In this document: in pieces, positions 1 through 10,158 of the stretch | Layout: the number at the start of each line of letters is the position of its first letter | Numbering within the stretch: the first letter of the stretch is position 1 | NCBI GenBank assembly: GCA_016187515.1 | Contig: JACPJN010000006.1 | Coordinates: 64,856-128,855, forward strand | Length of the DNA: 64,000 nt | Direction of reading: 5' to 3' | From: Candidatus Uhrbacteria bacterium | GTDB taxonomy: Bacteria; Patescibacteriota; Patescibacteriia; GWA2-47-26 | The notes under the pieces: generated by a model | The model's database searches: none | Told to the model about the DNA's origin: nothing | The model's input: the letters and a program-made list of their open reading frames with translations, nothing else | Position numbers and translations under genes: made by a program

Positions 1-998
1 GGTTCGCCTAAAAAGGCCCCGTATTCATCATAGCGCCAGACCTGTCCATGATCCAAGACCCCATAGTCAAAACTGTAATACCCGTCTGCCAGAAGCGCGC
101 TAGCCAGCCCAAAACGTAATCCCCGATAATCGTCCGGTTGGCCATTTTCACTGATGCGATTAATGGCCGCTAGCGGCGGCGCTAAATTATCTTTGATGGA
201 CTGGACATAACGGCTCATGGTCAGGGGCCATCCTTCGCGGGGAAAATATTCAAACAACACCCCGTGGACGTCTGGCGCGTAATCCGCGCCATTGCCATTA
301 ACCATCACCAAGGAGCGCCCTTGGAGCGCCTGCTGCGTATTTTCAAAAAGCGTGGTCATGCCTTGTTTCCAAAGCCGATTCACTTCTTCCGGCGATTCAG
401 CATTACCGTCGCGATCAAGATCAACTCCCACTCCGGTGTGATGCGACGGATCGCCCCAGCCATTATCATAAAATACGCCGTCCCAAAGACCGCTCCTAAT
501 AATTTCATCCCTCACAAAAATCGGCAGCACGTCCGCCCAGCGTCGGCCTTCAAATGCCGGAGCGCTCGCGGTGATATTTATAATATCGGTCCCGGGCCAA
601 AAAGAACGGCGATTCCGGGCCGTATCCAAAAGATACCAATCTTCCCGAAGATAGCGCGTCAGCAGCCGATTGCGCAATGGCGCGGCCTCTTTAAGTTTAT
701 CCGCATCATCACGAATCTCTACCGGGGTCAGATAAGCGAGAATAATAATCGCAGGATTAAGCTGACGAATGATCTTCAGCGCTTCCGGGCTGCGGTACTG
801 CACTTCCATGTCCAAAATCAGCAGATCCCACTTGGCTAATTCGCGCGCCTCTTCCTCTGAAATCGTCCAATGCAAAAAATAATTGGCCAGACGGGGAAAA
901 GTCGGCTTGATGTCGGGAAGCGCGTAGGCCGGGCCAATAACCAATAACCAATAACTAATAACCAATAACCCGACCGTAGATTTCCATGATCTTCTCAT
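1..998 (-). CDS. Secreted putative glycoside hydrolase-like protein (partial, runs off left edge)
   Basis: Not in the ORF track. Manual translation of the N-terminus from ATG 998: MRRSWKSTVGLLVISYWLLVIGPAYALPDIKPTFPRLANYFLHWTISEEEARELAKWDLLILDMEVQYRSPEALKIIRQLNPAIIILAY; signal peptide plus GHL15-like start. Confidence 0.65.
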   Translation of the reverse strand, partial: MRRSWKSTVGLLVISYWLLVIGPAYALPDIKPTFPRLANYFLHWTISEEEARELAKWDLLILDMEVQYRSPEALKIIRQLNPAIIILAYLTPVEIRDDADKLKEAAPLRNRLLTRYLREDWYLLDTARNRRSFWPGTDIINITASAPAFEGRRWADVLPIFVRDEIIRSGLWDGVFYDNGWGDPSHHTGVGVDLDRDGNAESPEEVNRLWKQGMTTLFENTQQALQGRSLVMVNGNGADYAPDVHGVLFEYFPREGWPLTMSRYVQSIKDNLAPPLAAINRISENGQPDDYRGLRFGLASALLADGYYSFDYGVLDHGQVWRYDEYGAFLGE

Positions 999-2307
999 AA
1001 TGCTTTTCCGGGTCATGCGCGCGCTTAACATACTCTTGCGCGGCCTTTCCGACTCGCTTTAACAACGCCTCATCATAATAGATTTTTCGAATGGTGTCAA
1101 GGATAGGACCTATAGGTCTTATATGTCCTATCGGACTTATAAAGAATCCGGTCTTCCCCTCCTCAATCAACTCCGGTATCCCTCCGATTTGCGAGGCGAC
1201 CACGACTTTACCGGCCGCCATGGCCTCGAGCACGGCGTACGGCGACGGCTCGTACCAAAGCGAAGGTACGATTATCAATTTTGCGCCCTGTATAAGCTGC
1301 TGCAGTGTACTCTTATCTTGAAATCCAAGGAGTTCAACATTCCGTAATTGGTAATTAGTAATTCGTGATTGAAGTTTGTCTGCTTCGGGGCCAGTGCCGA
1401 CGATTTTGAATTTAATTTCCGGCAAATGCTTGGCCAACTCGAGAATAAGATAGACACCCTTCTCCACTGTGAGACGACCGGCGAAAAGAATATAACCCCT
1501 GCCCCCTCCCCTAACCCCTCCCACCGAGGGAGGGGGATTTTGCTGCACTCCCTCTCCCTTTATGGGAGAGGGTAGCCGAAGGCCGGGTGAGGGTGCAACC
1601 GGAAGCGGTATCACGATAATTTTCTGCGCATCCATCCCGCCCCGCACTAACTTCTCTTTCACAAATTCCGTCGGCACGATAAACTTCGCCACATTTTTCT
1701 CGTACACGCGTAACATACGGTGTACGCGCCGCTCCACCACATCCGCAAGCGTGGCGAGGTAAGAATTTTTAATACAGCGGTACGCGATCGCGGCAATCCC
1801 CTGCCGCTCACAAATCTCGCCATGGTCAAAAAGCGCGTAATTCGGATTTATCAGATGATAATCATGTACGCTTCCGACCACCGGAGTATTATAACGCGCG
1901 GCCACGGATAAAATTGAGGGTGAAATGTGGTGATAAATATTGTGAATATGCACAATATCCGGCCGGAATTCATGCATCACGCGCTCAAACTTCCGCGCCG
2001 CTTCGCGCGACCAAACCATGTGTCCGAATTTTTGTATATCGCGCCACAGTCCTTCCCGGCGATCAAAATTCAGCGGTTCCACAAGAAGATCTTCAAACGT
2101 CGTAACCCCCCTATCCCCCCTTACCCTAAGGGGGGAATTGCGATCGTCTCCTCCCCTTAAGGTAAGGGGAGGTGGGGAGGGGTTATGAGCCGTGCCCCAC
2201 AACCCTACCTCCTGTCCATGCTTTACCAGCAACTGCGCCAAATCCAGCACATACGCTTCCGCTCCGGCTTTGCGATAAAGATATTTGTGGACTTGGAGAA
2301 TTTTCAT
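955..2307 (-). CDS. Glycosyltransferase family 4
   Basis: MKILQVHKYLYRKAGAE start (ATG 2307), HIHNIYHH, FAGRLTVEKG, PSLWYEPSPYAVLEAMAAG; two in-frame palindromic inserts. Confidence 0.9.
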   Translation of the reverse strand: MKILQVHKYLYRKAGAEAYVLDLAQLLVKHGQEVGLWGTAHNPSPPPLTLRGGDDRNSPLRVRGDRGVTTFEDLLVEPLNFDRREGLWRDIQKFGHMVWSREAARKFERVMHEFRPDIVHIHNIYHHISPSILSVAARYNTPVVGSVHDYHLINPNYALFDHGEICERQGIAAIAYRCIKNSYLATLADVVERRVHRMLRVYEKNVAKFIVPTEFVKEKLVRGGMDAQKIIVIPLPVAPSPGLRLPSPIKGEGVQQNPPPSVGGVRGGGRGYILFAGRLTVEKGVYLILELAKHLPEIKFKIVGTGPEADKLQSRITNYQLRNVELLGFQDKSTLQQLIQGAKLIIVPSLWYEPSPYAVLEAMAAGKVVVASQIGGIPELIEEGKTGFFISPIGHIRPIGPILDTIRKIYYDEALLKRVGKAAQEYVKRAHDPEKHYEKIMEIYGRVIGY

Positions 2308-2342
2308 ATTTGTGTACGAATCAACAAATAACATTGCGAATA

Positions 2343-3641
2343 TCACGAATGTGCATCGAATAAATTCGTAGTATTCGTGCGAGATTCGTAATTCGTACAC
2401 AGATTATTTAACACCTCCTCCAGCCCCGCAATGGCTTTCTCCCAAGAATAATCACGCTCGACAATCTCGCGCGCTAGGCGCCGCAGCCGCGCTTTATCTT
2501 CCGGAGTCCTTTCTAAAAATGACATAATGCCTTCGGCAAGCTCCGGAGCGCTGGTTCCCCGAGTAATCAAACTCATGTCCAATTTGCGCAGAATCTCCGG
2601 AGTCGCGCCCGCCGGAGTTCCCACTACCGGGACTCCGCAAGAGAGCGCCTCGAGGGTGGCCATGCCTAAACCCTCCAGGGCTTCGGTGGGCAGTACAAAA
2701 GCGTCGGCGGCCTGATAATAAAGCGGCAGATCTTGAAGCGGCACCGCGCCAATCAAGGTTACCGTATTGCCGAGATTTCGGCGCGCGATTTCTTTTTGAT
2801 AACTGGCGCGCAGCGGCCCTTCGCCCACAATCAACAGTCGTACCGCGGGCAGCTTACGGCGTACGATTTCCATCGCGCGAATCAGCTCGATGATCCCCAT
2901 GCGCGGACTAAAACGCCGCACGGTTAAAAGCAGATTTCCCTCGCGAGACAGTCCTAAGCGCGCGCGCGCCTCGCCAATATCCGCCGGACAAAATACCTGC
3001 TGATCAATGCCCACCGGGATAATCGTCGCGCGATTTTTCGTGAAAGGCGCGATGCTATAGAGCAGCTGCTTGGAAAACTCGGAAAACACTCCCACGGCGG
3101 TTGAACGCGTAAGCACCTGGCGCTCAATTCGACTGGCCATCCGGACAAAAAAACGCGCCAGGAGGGGACGCAGCGGCTCTATAAAAAACGGCAGTGCTCG
3201 CTGCAGTCCCTCCAGTTCAACTTCCTTGGCCGCTGAACCGTGAAATAGATAAAGCGCAGGTAACTTTCCGGCGGAGCCGGATCCGCCTTGGGCGGAAAAA
3301 AATCCCTGCGCGGCAAACGGGTGGTGCAGAATGGCCGCGTCAAACATACTCGTAATTCCGTAATTCCGTAATTTCGTAATTTCTCCCAGCACCCGCGGCA
3401 CCTCGCGCAGCGCCGTTCGCGTTTGCCCGCCGAATTTTTCCAGTTCGGCCGGAGCGCCATATCGAAAAATACGCACGCTCCCCTGGTCCTCAAAAGCCGG
3501 CAGGGTTTCCTTCATCCGCGCGGTAACTACCGTTACCGCGTGCCCGCGGCGCGCCAAATACCGCGCTTGTTCAGCCGCCACATGCTCGGAACCGCCAAAA
3601 CTATCCGGATAAAAGCGTTGAGTGATGATGATAATGCGCAT
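2343..3641 (-). CDS. Glycosyltransferase family 4
   Basis: MRIIIITQRFYPDSFGGSE, LPTEALEGLGMATLEALSCGVPVV GT-B motifs. Confidence 0.9.
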   Translation of the reverse strand: MRIIIITQRFYPDSFGGSEHVAAEQARYLARRGHAVTVVTARMKETLPAFEDQGSVRIFRYGAPAELEKFGGQTRTALREVPRVLGEITKLRNYGITSMFDAAILHHPFAAQGFFSAQGGSGSAGKLPALYLFHGSAAKEVELEGLQRALPFFIEPLRPLLARFFVRMASRIERQVLTRSTAVGVFSEFSKQLLYSIAPFTKNRATIIPVGIDQQVFCPADIGEARARLGLSREGNLLLTVRRFSPRMGIIELIRAMEIVRRKLPAVRLLIVGEGPLRASYQKEIARRNLGNTVTLIGAVPLQDLPLYYQAADAFVLPTEALEGLGMATLEALSCGVPVVGTPAGATPEILRKLDMSLITRGTSAPELAEGIMSFLERTPEDKARLRRLAREIVERDYSWEKAIAGLEEVLNNLCTNYESRTNTTNLFDAHS

Positions 3642-3709
3642 AGTGTATTGAGTAAATCAAGCGAGGCAAGCCCTGTAGTGAAGCTTCGCTCTACTACGGG
3701 GCAAGTAAA

Positions 3710-5155
3710 TCAAGTACCTGCTTTACTTGATTCACCTGATTTACTTGATTTACCCAATTGCCCAATCGCTACCGCGATCGCGAGCGGCACCCAAAGTTTG
3801 GAAGTGTAGTAGGTAGTATTAAACAACTGATAACTAATCGCCCCTAACGCGATTAAAAGCGCCACCCCAGTCGCCATTCGCGTTTCCGCATTCAGCATCG
3901 CGCTTTTTGACCAGAGTGGTTTTGCGATATAGTAAAGAATACTGCCGATCAGAATTATAAATCCGGCGAGCCCCAGCAGTCCTTGCTCAAACATCAATTT
4001 GAAAATAATTCCGTGCGCGTCTAAGGGTTCGCCATATTCCAAAAGAAAGGCCTTGGTTTGCCAAAGCGTCGGGATAAAGGTGCCGATCCCCTGCCCCAAA
4101 ATCGGCGAGCGCGAGAAATAAAAAGTCGCGATACGCGCTTGATCCAGGCGCGAAAGAGTTGAACCGCGAACCGCTTCGGTAAAAGTGGTCGCCGCTAAAG
4201 TCAAGGTCATGGCCGCAAATAGAATCAGCGCCGGAGTGGCTTCTTTAAGAAACGCGCGCACCCGTCCCCGATGCATTACCGCCAGATAACACATCGCCTG
4301 GATCAGTACGGCAATCCAGGCCGAACGGGAAAAGGTCAAAAGCGCTACCGCCCATTGCAAGAATGTAAAATGTAAAATGTAAAATGTAAAATTTTTGCTT
4401 TGCAATTCGCCAGTTTTAATTTTCAATTTTGCATTTTGCATTAACAATAGTCCTACGGGCGCGGTAGCGACCAACGTTTCCGCCAGCAAATTGTGATTCG
4501 CGCCCAAGGGGTTCAAACCAAACGCGCCGAACGGACGGGCGCGCGGAAAATCTCCGTGCGCTCCTAAAACAAGCCCGAGCAGACCGTCCAAGGCGGCGAT
4601 CAGTCCGGTTGCAAAAAACACCAGGAGCACGCGATCAATTTTATCCTTATGCCGGGCAATAATGCTTACCGGCACGATAAAAAACACCAGGTAAAAAAAG
4701 GTAAAAGGGCGGGCGAAATATTTAAACGAGGCGTTAAATTGAATCGCCGGAACTTTCAAAAGTGAAAGCAACCCGGATAACCAAAACAACAAATAGGATC
4801 TCCAATGCGGCAACGGCCGCGCTAATCTCCAATTTCTAATTTCTAATTTCCAATTACCAGCGATATTGATTCCCCACGCTGCAAAAAGCAGCAATCCGTA
4901 CAGATCAACAAACGGGGCGTTGATGCTTTTAAGATAGGGAACATCTTTAAAAATTTCAAAGGCGCTAAAATCAATCACTAGCCCGAGATAGGGAAAGAAA
5001 AATACCAGGACCAGCAGTCCAAACAGCAGATTACGCGCCAAAAACCAAACGGCCGCCGCCAAAAATACAATACTTAAAGAAAGCAACGGATGCACCAAGG
5101 CCGCCACCGCCGCGGCAAAGATAATCCCTAACGCCAGCCGGATAAAACGCTTCAT
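3710..5155 (-). CDS. O-antigen ligase (Wzy_C)-like membrane protein
   Basis: Multi-TM; LTFSRSAW, PILGQGIGTF, DAHGIIFKLMFEQG motifs. Confidence 0.85.
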   Translation of the reverse strand: MKRFIRLALGIIFAAAVAALVHPLLSLSIVFLAAAVWFLARNLLFGLLVLVFFFPYLGLVIDFSAFEIFKDVPYLKSINAPFVDLYGLLLFAAWGINIAGNWKLEIRNWRLARPLPHWRSYLLFWLSGLLSLLKVPAIQFNASFKYFARPFTFFYLVFFIVPVSIIARHKDKIDRVLLVFFATGLIAALDGLLGLVLGAHGDFPRARPFGAFGLNPLGANHNLLAETLVATAPVGLLLMQNAKLKIKTGELQSKNFTFYILHFTFLQWAVALLTFSRSAWIAVLIQAMCYLAVMHRGRVRAFLKEATPALILFAAMTLTLAATTFTEAVRGSTLSRLDQARIATFYFSRSPILGQGIGTFIPTLWQTKAFLLEYGEPLDAHGIIFKLMFEQGLLGLAGFIILIGSILYYIAKPLWSKSAMLNAETRMATGVALLIALGAISYQLFNTTYYTSKLWVPLAIAVAIGQLGKSSKSGESSKAGT

Positions 5156-5578
5156 AGTTTCTAACTATACCACATTTTCATAAAATTAAAAGAGTCCCCA
5201 ACAGGCACATTGCGCGAAGCGTAAAACAAAACACCCTCGAGTGGTTTGGCTATCAAGGTAAAAGAGTAAGGAGGAGATACTCTAAACCGATTGCCAAACC
5301 GCCCGAAGGCGCTGTTAAGGCGCGGGGTAAACCACCCAAAGGTGCCGCATCGTGTTACGTGCTGCGCGTATCGTGACGGTATACTCTACCACGTTTCTCA
5401 TCCCCTGTCAAGGGCCCCCGTTATCAGAGAAGGAAAAATATGGCGCCTGGGAAAGAAGGTTCTCTTCTCTCCCAGGGCGGTGTTCGCGCCTACACGCGAA
5501 ACGTTGAAAGAGCCAATCACGGGCCACGATTGTAGGTTCGTGGAATTTCCCGCGCTTTGTGTTTGTTGTGCTGGCCTG

Positions 5579-7696
5579 CTACGGCGTGGCCGGACCAACC
5601 ACGTCGTTTCGGGGCACGCAGTTGCCGCCCCCGGCGATTTCCTCCGCGGTCACGCGCTCGATCGGGTCGGTCAAACCCGTCCCGTCCGAGCACTCGGTGA
5701 CGAACCGCAGATCGGTGAACAGACCGTCGATCCGTCCCGCTCCCGCGAAGTAGTTGCAGGCCCATCCTTCGCCGGACTCGGCCGAGAACTCTACGTCCTC
5801 GTCCGCATCCGCGTCCACCTCCACCTGGAAGCACGAATCGGCCGTGGGCACCGGCAAACAGAAGTCCACCGCGCTCACCTGCGCCGCCGCGCTTCCCGCG
5901 ACCACCGGCGCCTCGGGCCCGCAGGTTCGAGCCGTGAGGATGCCGTCCACGTCGCCGAAGGTGCCGTCGCCGTTGCGATCCGCGGTCTCGTACGTACCGC
6001 AGAGGGTGACCGCACAGGTCCCCACCGGCTCTCCCTCCGACTCCGACTCGCTCTCGGACTCGGACTCACTTTCCGATTCGCTCTCGCTCTCGGACTCGGA
6101 TTCGGACTCGCCTTCGCCCGGATCCACGGGACACGTGGAACCGAGACACGTGAGCATGCCATCCTCGCAGATGGTCAGCCCGACCGTGCACTCCGGCGCA
6201 CTCTGACACAAGGCCAACTCGTCCGACGTGGGGGCCTCGTCGGCCTCCTCGTCGCAGTCGTTGTCCAACCCGTCGCACAGCTCGGGGCTGGAGCCCACGG
6301 CGTCGCCGCACGGTCCCCATGCTCCGCCGGAGCAGAGCTGGGTACCGGAAACGCACTCGCCGATGTCGCTGCCGCACGGCAGGGTTTCCCCATCCGTGCA
6401 GTCGCAGCCGTTGTCCACGGCTCCGTCGCAGTCCTCGTCGGTCTCGCCGTCGCACGTTTCCGTGCTCGGGACGATCCCGTTGAGGCAGGCGGACCAGAGT
6501 CCGCCGTCGGTACAGAACTGCGTACCGAACTCGCAGGATCCGACGTCCGAGCCGCACGGGCGGGAAACGCCCGGCAGACATGCGAACCCCTCGTCCACGG
6601 AACCGTCGCAGTCGTTGTCGCGACCGTCCGGCACTTCCGGGCTCGGATCGCCCGGGGCGCAGGAGTTGATCACGAGACCGTCCACGCACGAGGTTTCCCC
6701 CGTGGAGGCGCAGTCGCCGCCTCCGCACCCGGTGGACTGGGACTCGAAATCCTCATCCACCAAGCCGTCGCAGTCGGTGTCGCCACCGCCGCAGACGTCC
6801 GAACCGAGGAGGGGTTCGACGTTGCCGACGCACTGCAGGTTGCCGCCCACGCAGATCGTGCTCCCGAAAGAGCAATTCCCCGCGTTGGTGGTCCCGCACG
6901 CTCCACCCGTCTCCACCGTCACGCCGTCCACCACGCCGTCGCAGTTGTTGTCCAGCCCGTCGCAGAACTCAGGGCTGGGCAGGGTCGCGCCAAGGCACGG
7001 TCCCCAGGTCCCGCTCGCGCAGGTCTGGGTGCCGAACTCGCACGTGCCCATCTCCGAGGCCGGGCCACACGTCCGGGTCGCCCCGTTCGTGCAGTCGCAG
7101 TCCTCGTCGGTTGCGCCGTCGCAATCCTCGTCGGTCAGCCCGTCGCAGGTCTCGGGCGCCGGACCCACACTGCCGAAGCAGGTGGCGCTCCAGAACCCGT
7201 CCGCGTCGCAGAGCTCAACGCCCGCGACGCAGGACCCGACGTCGGATCCGCACGAACGCATGACGCCCGAAAGGCAATCCACGCACTCGCCGGCGACACA
7301 CACCTGGTCCTCGAGGCAGAGATCGCAGGGGTCTTCCCCCTCGGACTCGCTCTCGGACTCGGACTCGCTCTCGCTTTCGGCTTCCGCTTCCGCTTCCGCC
7401 TCGGCTTCGGCTTCCGCCTCGGCTTCGGCTTCGGCTTCGCTCTCCGCCTCCGCTTCGGATTCGGCTTCGGACTCGCCTTCGTCCGGCATGCCGGCATCGG
7501 GCTGGGCGTCCGGACCCATGTCCGGCTCACCCTCGGCTTCCGCCTCTGCTTCGGCTTCGGCTTCGGCCTCGGCCTCGGACTCGCCTTCCATGGGTACGAT
7601 GCCCGCGTCCGGCTCTTCCGCATCCGGCGCCTGCGCCGGAGAATCCAGCAGGTTGCAAGCGGCGGCGACCGCCGCCATCCAAATGCTGTACCTCAT
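5579..7696 (-). CDS. Cys/Asp-rich MopE-type metal-binding-repeat lipoprotein with EA/ES low-complexity tracts
   Basis: AAGGAGG RBS before ATG 7696; MRYSIWMAAVAAAC lipoprotein-like leader; repeated E.CDG.D(N/E)DCDG..DE motifs. Confidence 0.85.
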   Translation of the reverse strand: MRYSIWMAAVAAACNLLDSPAQAPDAEEPDAGIVPMEGESEAEAEAEAEAEAEAEGEPDMGPDAQPDAGMPDEGESEAESEAEAESEAEAEAEAEAEAEAEAEAEAESESESESESESEGEDPCDLCLEDQVCVAGECVDCLSGVMRSCGSDVGSCVAGVELCDADGFWSATCFGSVGPAPETCDGLTDEDCDGATDEDCDCTNGATRTCGPASEMGTCEFGTQTCASGTWGPCLGATLPSPEFCDGLDNNCDGVVDGVTVETGGACGTTNAGNCSFGSTICVGGNLQCVGNVEPLLGSDVCGGGDTDCDGLVDEDFESQSTGCGGGDCASTGETSCVDGLVINSCAPGDPSPEVPDGRDNDCDGSVDEGFACLPGVSRPCGSDVGSCEFGTQFCTDGGLWSACLNGIVPSTETCDGETDEDCDGAVDNGCDCTDGETLPCGSDIGECVSGTQLCSGGAWGPCGDAVGSSPELCDGLDNDCDEEADEAPTSDELALCQSAPECTVGLTICEDGMLTCLGSTCPVDPGEGESESESESESESESESESESESESEGEPVGTCAVTLCGTYETADRNGDGTFGDVDGILTARTCGPEAPVVAGSAAAQVSAVDFCLPVPTADSCFQVEVDADADEDVEFSAESGEGWACNYFAGAGRIDGLFTDLRFVTECSDGTGLTDPIERVTAEEIAGGGNCVPRNDVVGPATP

Positions 7697-7864
7697 GAGT
7701 TCCTCCTTGCGCCTACGGCGCATTGTTGTTGCGCCGCAGACGCTTTTTAAACGTCTGGGCTGATCTGTCAATGAACATCTTCGCCATCGGCGAAGTTTGC
7801 CTTAAATTGCCACCTGCTCGATTTCGCTGGTCTACAATCTAAGGTAAATCTCGCCATACTGGGG

Positions 7865-7991
7865 CCGTTGAACAATTGATTATTCGTGCACATTCGTCAG
7901 GCCGCCTCGTAATCGCCTCGCAGGAACACTGCGGTTTTGGCGGCCGTCTATTCGTGGATATTCGTGTAAACTGCGCAGGAGTTAATTCTTC
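7865..7991. repeat. ~125-bp dispersed structured repeat, copy 1
   Basis: CCGTTGAACAATTGATTATTCGTG...GGCCGCC...GGCGGCCGTCTATTCGTG...GTTAATTCTTC; matches 27683-27810. Confidence 0.85.
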
Positions 7992-8066
7992 AACACTCTC
8001 ATAATAGATCCGGGGGACGGAACGCACACGTATGTGCGTTCCGTCCCCGCGGTTGATTGCCTACTC

Positions 8067-9233
8067 CTATCGCGCCGGAGCCAGCGGCATGGGCACCGCC
8101 CACTCGCCGCGCACCTCCCCCCGCCTGCGAACCGGAGCCGGCTCCCCGAACGGGAACCGTCCCTTCAGAAACGCCCCGACCCCGAAGTCCATGGACTGCG
8201 GGTGGCTGACCTGGCCAGCCAGGTCCACTTCCTCGCGCCGCAGCCCGCCGACCAAGGCCTGGAGTTCCAGCCGGACTACGTCCGACCCGATCTCCAGTAC
8301 CGGCCCGGCCTGGACCAGATTGCTCTGTCCACGCTCGGACTCGTCATGGCCCCGACCGCACCAGCCCGCCAGACCGCCGATCGACACCGCGCTTTCGCGG
8401 GCGATCGGGGTCAGGGCTCCGGCCTGAATGCAGACAAACTTGTCCGCGTCCGCGTCCAGATCCAGGCCCCCGGCCGCCACTCGCAGGGTGGGGCTCCAGG
8501 TCGTGGACTTGAGATCCAAGTCCGCACCCAGCTGAACCCCGGCGCCGGACCCGAAGTCGTGAAACCCGACTCCGCCGGCACCCACGGTGAACGCGGACCG
8601 CTGGTCCTGGTCCCGCGGAGCACAGATCACGCCGGCCGGGCACTCCTCGCCAGAGCCGATCAAGAGTCGGCCGTGCGAGTCGTACGCGGCTGCTTCTGCC
8701 GCGGCCCGGTCCGCCTCCGCGAGTGCGGTGTCCACGACTTCCAGGGCCGCGCGGTCCTGGTCGGTCCGCTCCCGCGCCGCACGCAAGGCCCGGGCCCGCT
8801 CGGCGAGCTGGTCCTTGCGGGCCTGCAGCGCCTCCTGGTCCACCGGCAGACGATCCGCCGGCGCAGGACGCTCCGAAGCGGCCTTGAACACGATGCAGGG
8901 CGTATCCCCGCACCGGGCCGCGGCACACTCCTGGTAGATCCTGTCTTCCACCGTGCCGGGAGCGAACGCGAAGTTCTCGCCCGGACGACGGTTGAGCTCC
9001 ACGAGACGGGCACAGGTGGGGCCATCCACTGACCCGCGCACCTGCCTCCCGTTTTCCAACTGCCAGGCGCAAACCTGGCAAGCCGAACGAGTGGCCTCCG
9101 CCTGCTTGACCGCCTCGTCGCCGAAGCAGCGCAGACAGAACTTGCTCACGTCCCTCACGTCCCGCCCCTGCGCCACTGCCGTGAACGGCAGAGCGAGAAG
9201 GGCGAGAACGGAAAACACGCTCTTGATTCTCAT
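8067..9233 (-). CDS. Secreted hypothetical protein (Cys-rich N-terminus, coiled coil, beta-rich C-terminus)
   Basis: Signal peptide MRIKSVFSVLALLALPFTAVAQ; AAGGAG RBS. Confidence 0.75.
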   Translation of the reverse strand: MRIKSVFSVLALLALPFTAVAQGRDVRDVSKFCLRCFGDEAVKQAEATRSACQVCAWQLENGRQVRGSVDGPTCARLVELNRRPGENFAFAPGTVEDRIYQECAAARCGDTPCIVFKAASERPAPADRLPVDQEALQARKDQLAERARALRAARERTDQDRAALEVVDTALAEADRAAAEAAAYDSHGRLLIGSGEECPAGVICAPRDQDQRSAFTVGAGGVGFHDFGSGAGVQLGADLDLKSTTWSPTLRVAAGGLDLDADADKFVCIQAGALTPIARESAVSIGGLAGWCGRGHDESERGQSNLVQAGPVLEIGSDVVRLELQALVGGLRREEVDLAGQVSHPQSMDFGVGAFLKGRFPFGEPAPVRRRGEVRGEWAVPMPLAPAR

Positions 9234-9265
9234 GGTTTTTCTCCTTCTCGGCTTTCGGTTTCGGT

Positions 9266-9886
9266 CTACTCGGCCTGAATGACCGTTGCCTCACCTCCGC
9301 CAGGCGGCGGAGGCGCAAGGTCGGTCTCGGCCGGAGCCGCTGCCCGCGCTGGGGCCGGCTTGGCTGCGCTGGCCGCCGGGGCCGCCGCCGCATTTGCCGT
9401 ATCACACGGCGGACACGGCTTGGCTACCTTCTTGGCCGCCGGCTTGGCCACCACGGGCCGGGGCTCGCGCAACTGTGCCAGGCGCGTCTCGAGCGCGTCG
9501 GGGGTGGTGAGCGGGAGGTACTCGTTCCTCCAGTGCCCCTGCTCGGACTTGTCGGTCTTCCACAGGCCCTTCAGGCAGTACTGGGGCACGGTGTGGCGCC
9601 CCTTCATGCCCTCGTGGGTGGACTCGACCTCGGCCAGGCGGAAGGCGCCGCCCGTGCAATCGAACGCTGCCAGGTTCTCCGGCGGCGCGGGCTCGGCCTT
9701 CTTGGCCGGGGCCGGCGTGGGCTCGGACGGCTTGGCCGCCGCCACCGGCTTGTTCTCCGGCGCCGCGGCCGGGGCCGGCTTGGCCTCGCTGTTGCTGCAG
9801 GCGCAGAATGCAAATCCAGCGCCCACGATCGCGGCCGTACCCGCAATGAGCACGGTCCACAGAATCGCTGCGATTCGTCGGTTCAT
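9266..9886 (-). CDS. Ala/Pro-rich putative lipoprotein
   Basis: Hydrophobic leader ending FAFCACS; AAGGAG RBS; PAPA-rich linkers. Confidence 0.7.
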   Translation of the reverse strand: MNRRIAAILWTVLIAGTAAIVGAGFAFCACSNSEAKPAPAAAPENKPVAAAKPSEPTPAPAKKAEPAPPENLAAFDCTGGAFRLAEVESTHEGMKGRHTVPQYCLKGLWKTDKSEQGHWRNEYLPLTTPDALETRLAQLREPRPVVAKPAAKKVAKPCPPCDTANAAAAPAASAAKPAPARAAAPAETDLAPPPPGGGEATVIQAE

Positions 9887-10158
9887 CTGACTTCTCCTTG
9901 TTGTGCGCCTTGCGGCGCGGTTGTGCGCGCCAGGCGCCGTGTAAATGACTCAAAGATTCAATGAACAAAGGACTGGTCTAAGCCAGCTCTTGTCTGTCCT
10001 CCAAAAGTATTGGAATCCAGGCAAGATTCCGGCTGATTGGTTAGATTTTGCCCCAAAATGGCCTATTTGGGGCATTCTGGTCTTAACGCGTTAATATAAC
10101 ATAAATAGCGGGATTTGTCAAGTCCTTGATGGCTTGAACAAATCCCGCTTTCGTATCA

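Noticed and set aside
264-839. 191-aa plus-strand ORF
   Set aside because: Shadow of the minus-strand secreted protein starting at 998.
7340-7585. GCTTCG/GACTCG hexamer arrays as CRISPR or an independent repeat
   Set aside because: Coding EA/ES dipeptide repeats with no spacers and no cas genes.
5291-7763. 819-aa and 511-aa plus-strand ORFs
   Set aside because: Antisense shadows of the GC-rich repetitive MopE-type gene, which has the RBS, signal and motifs.
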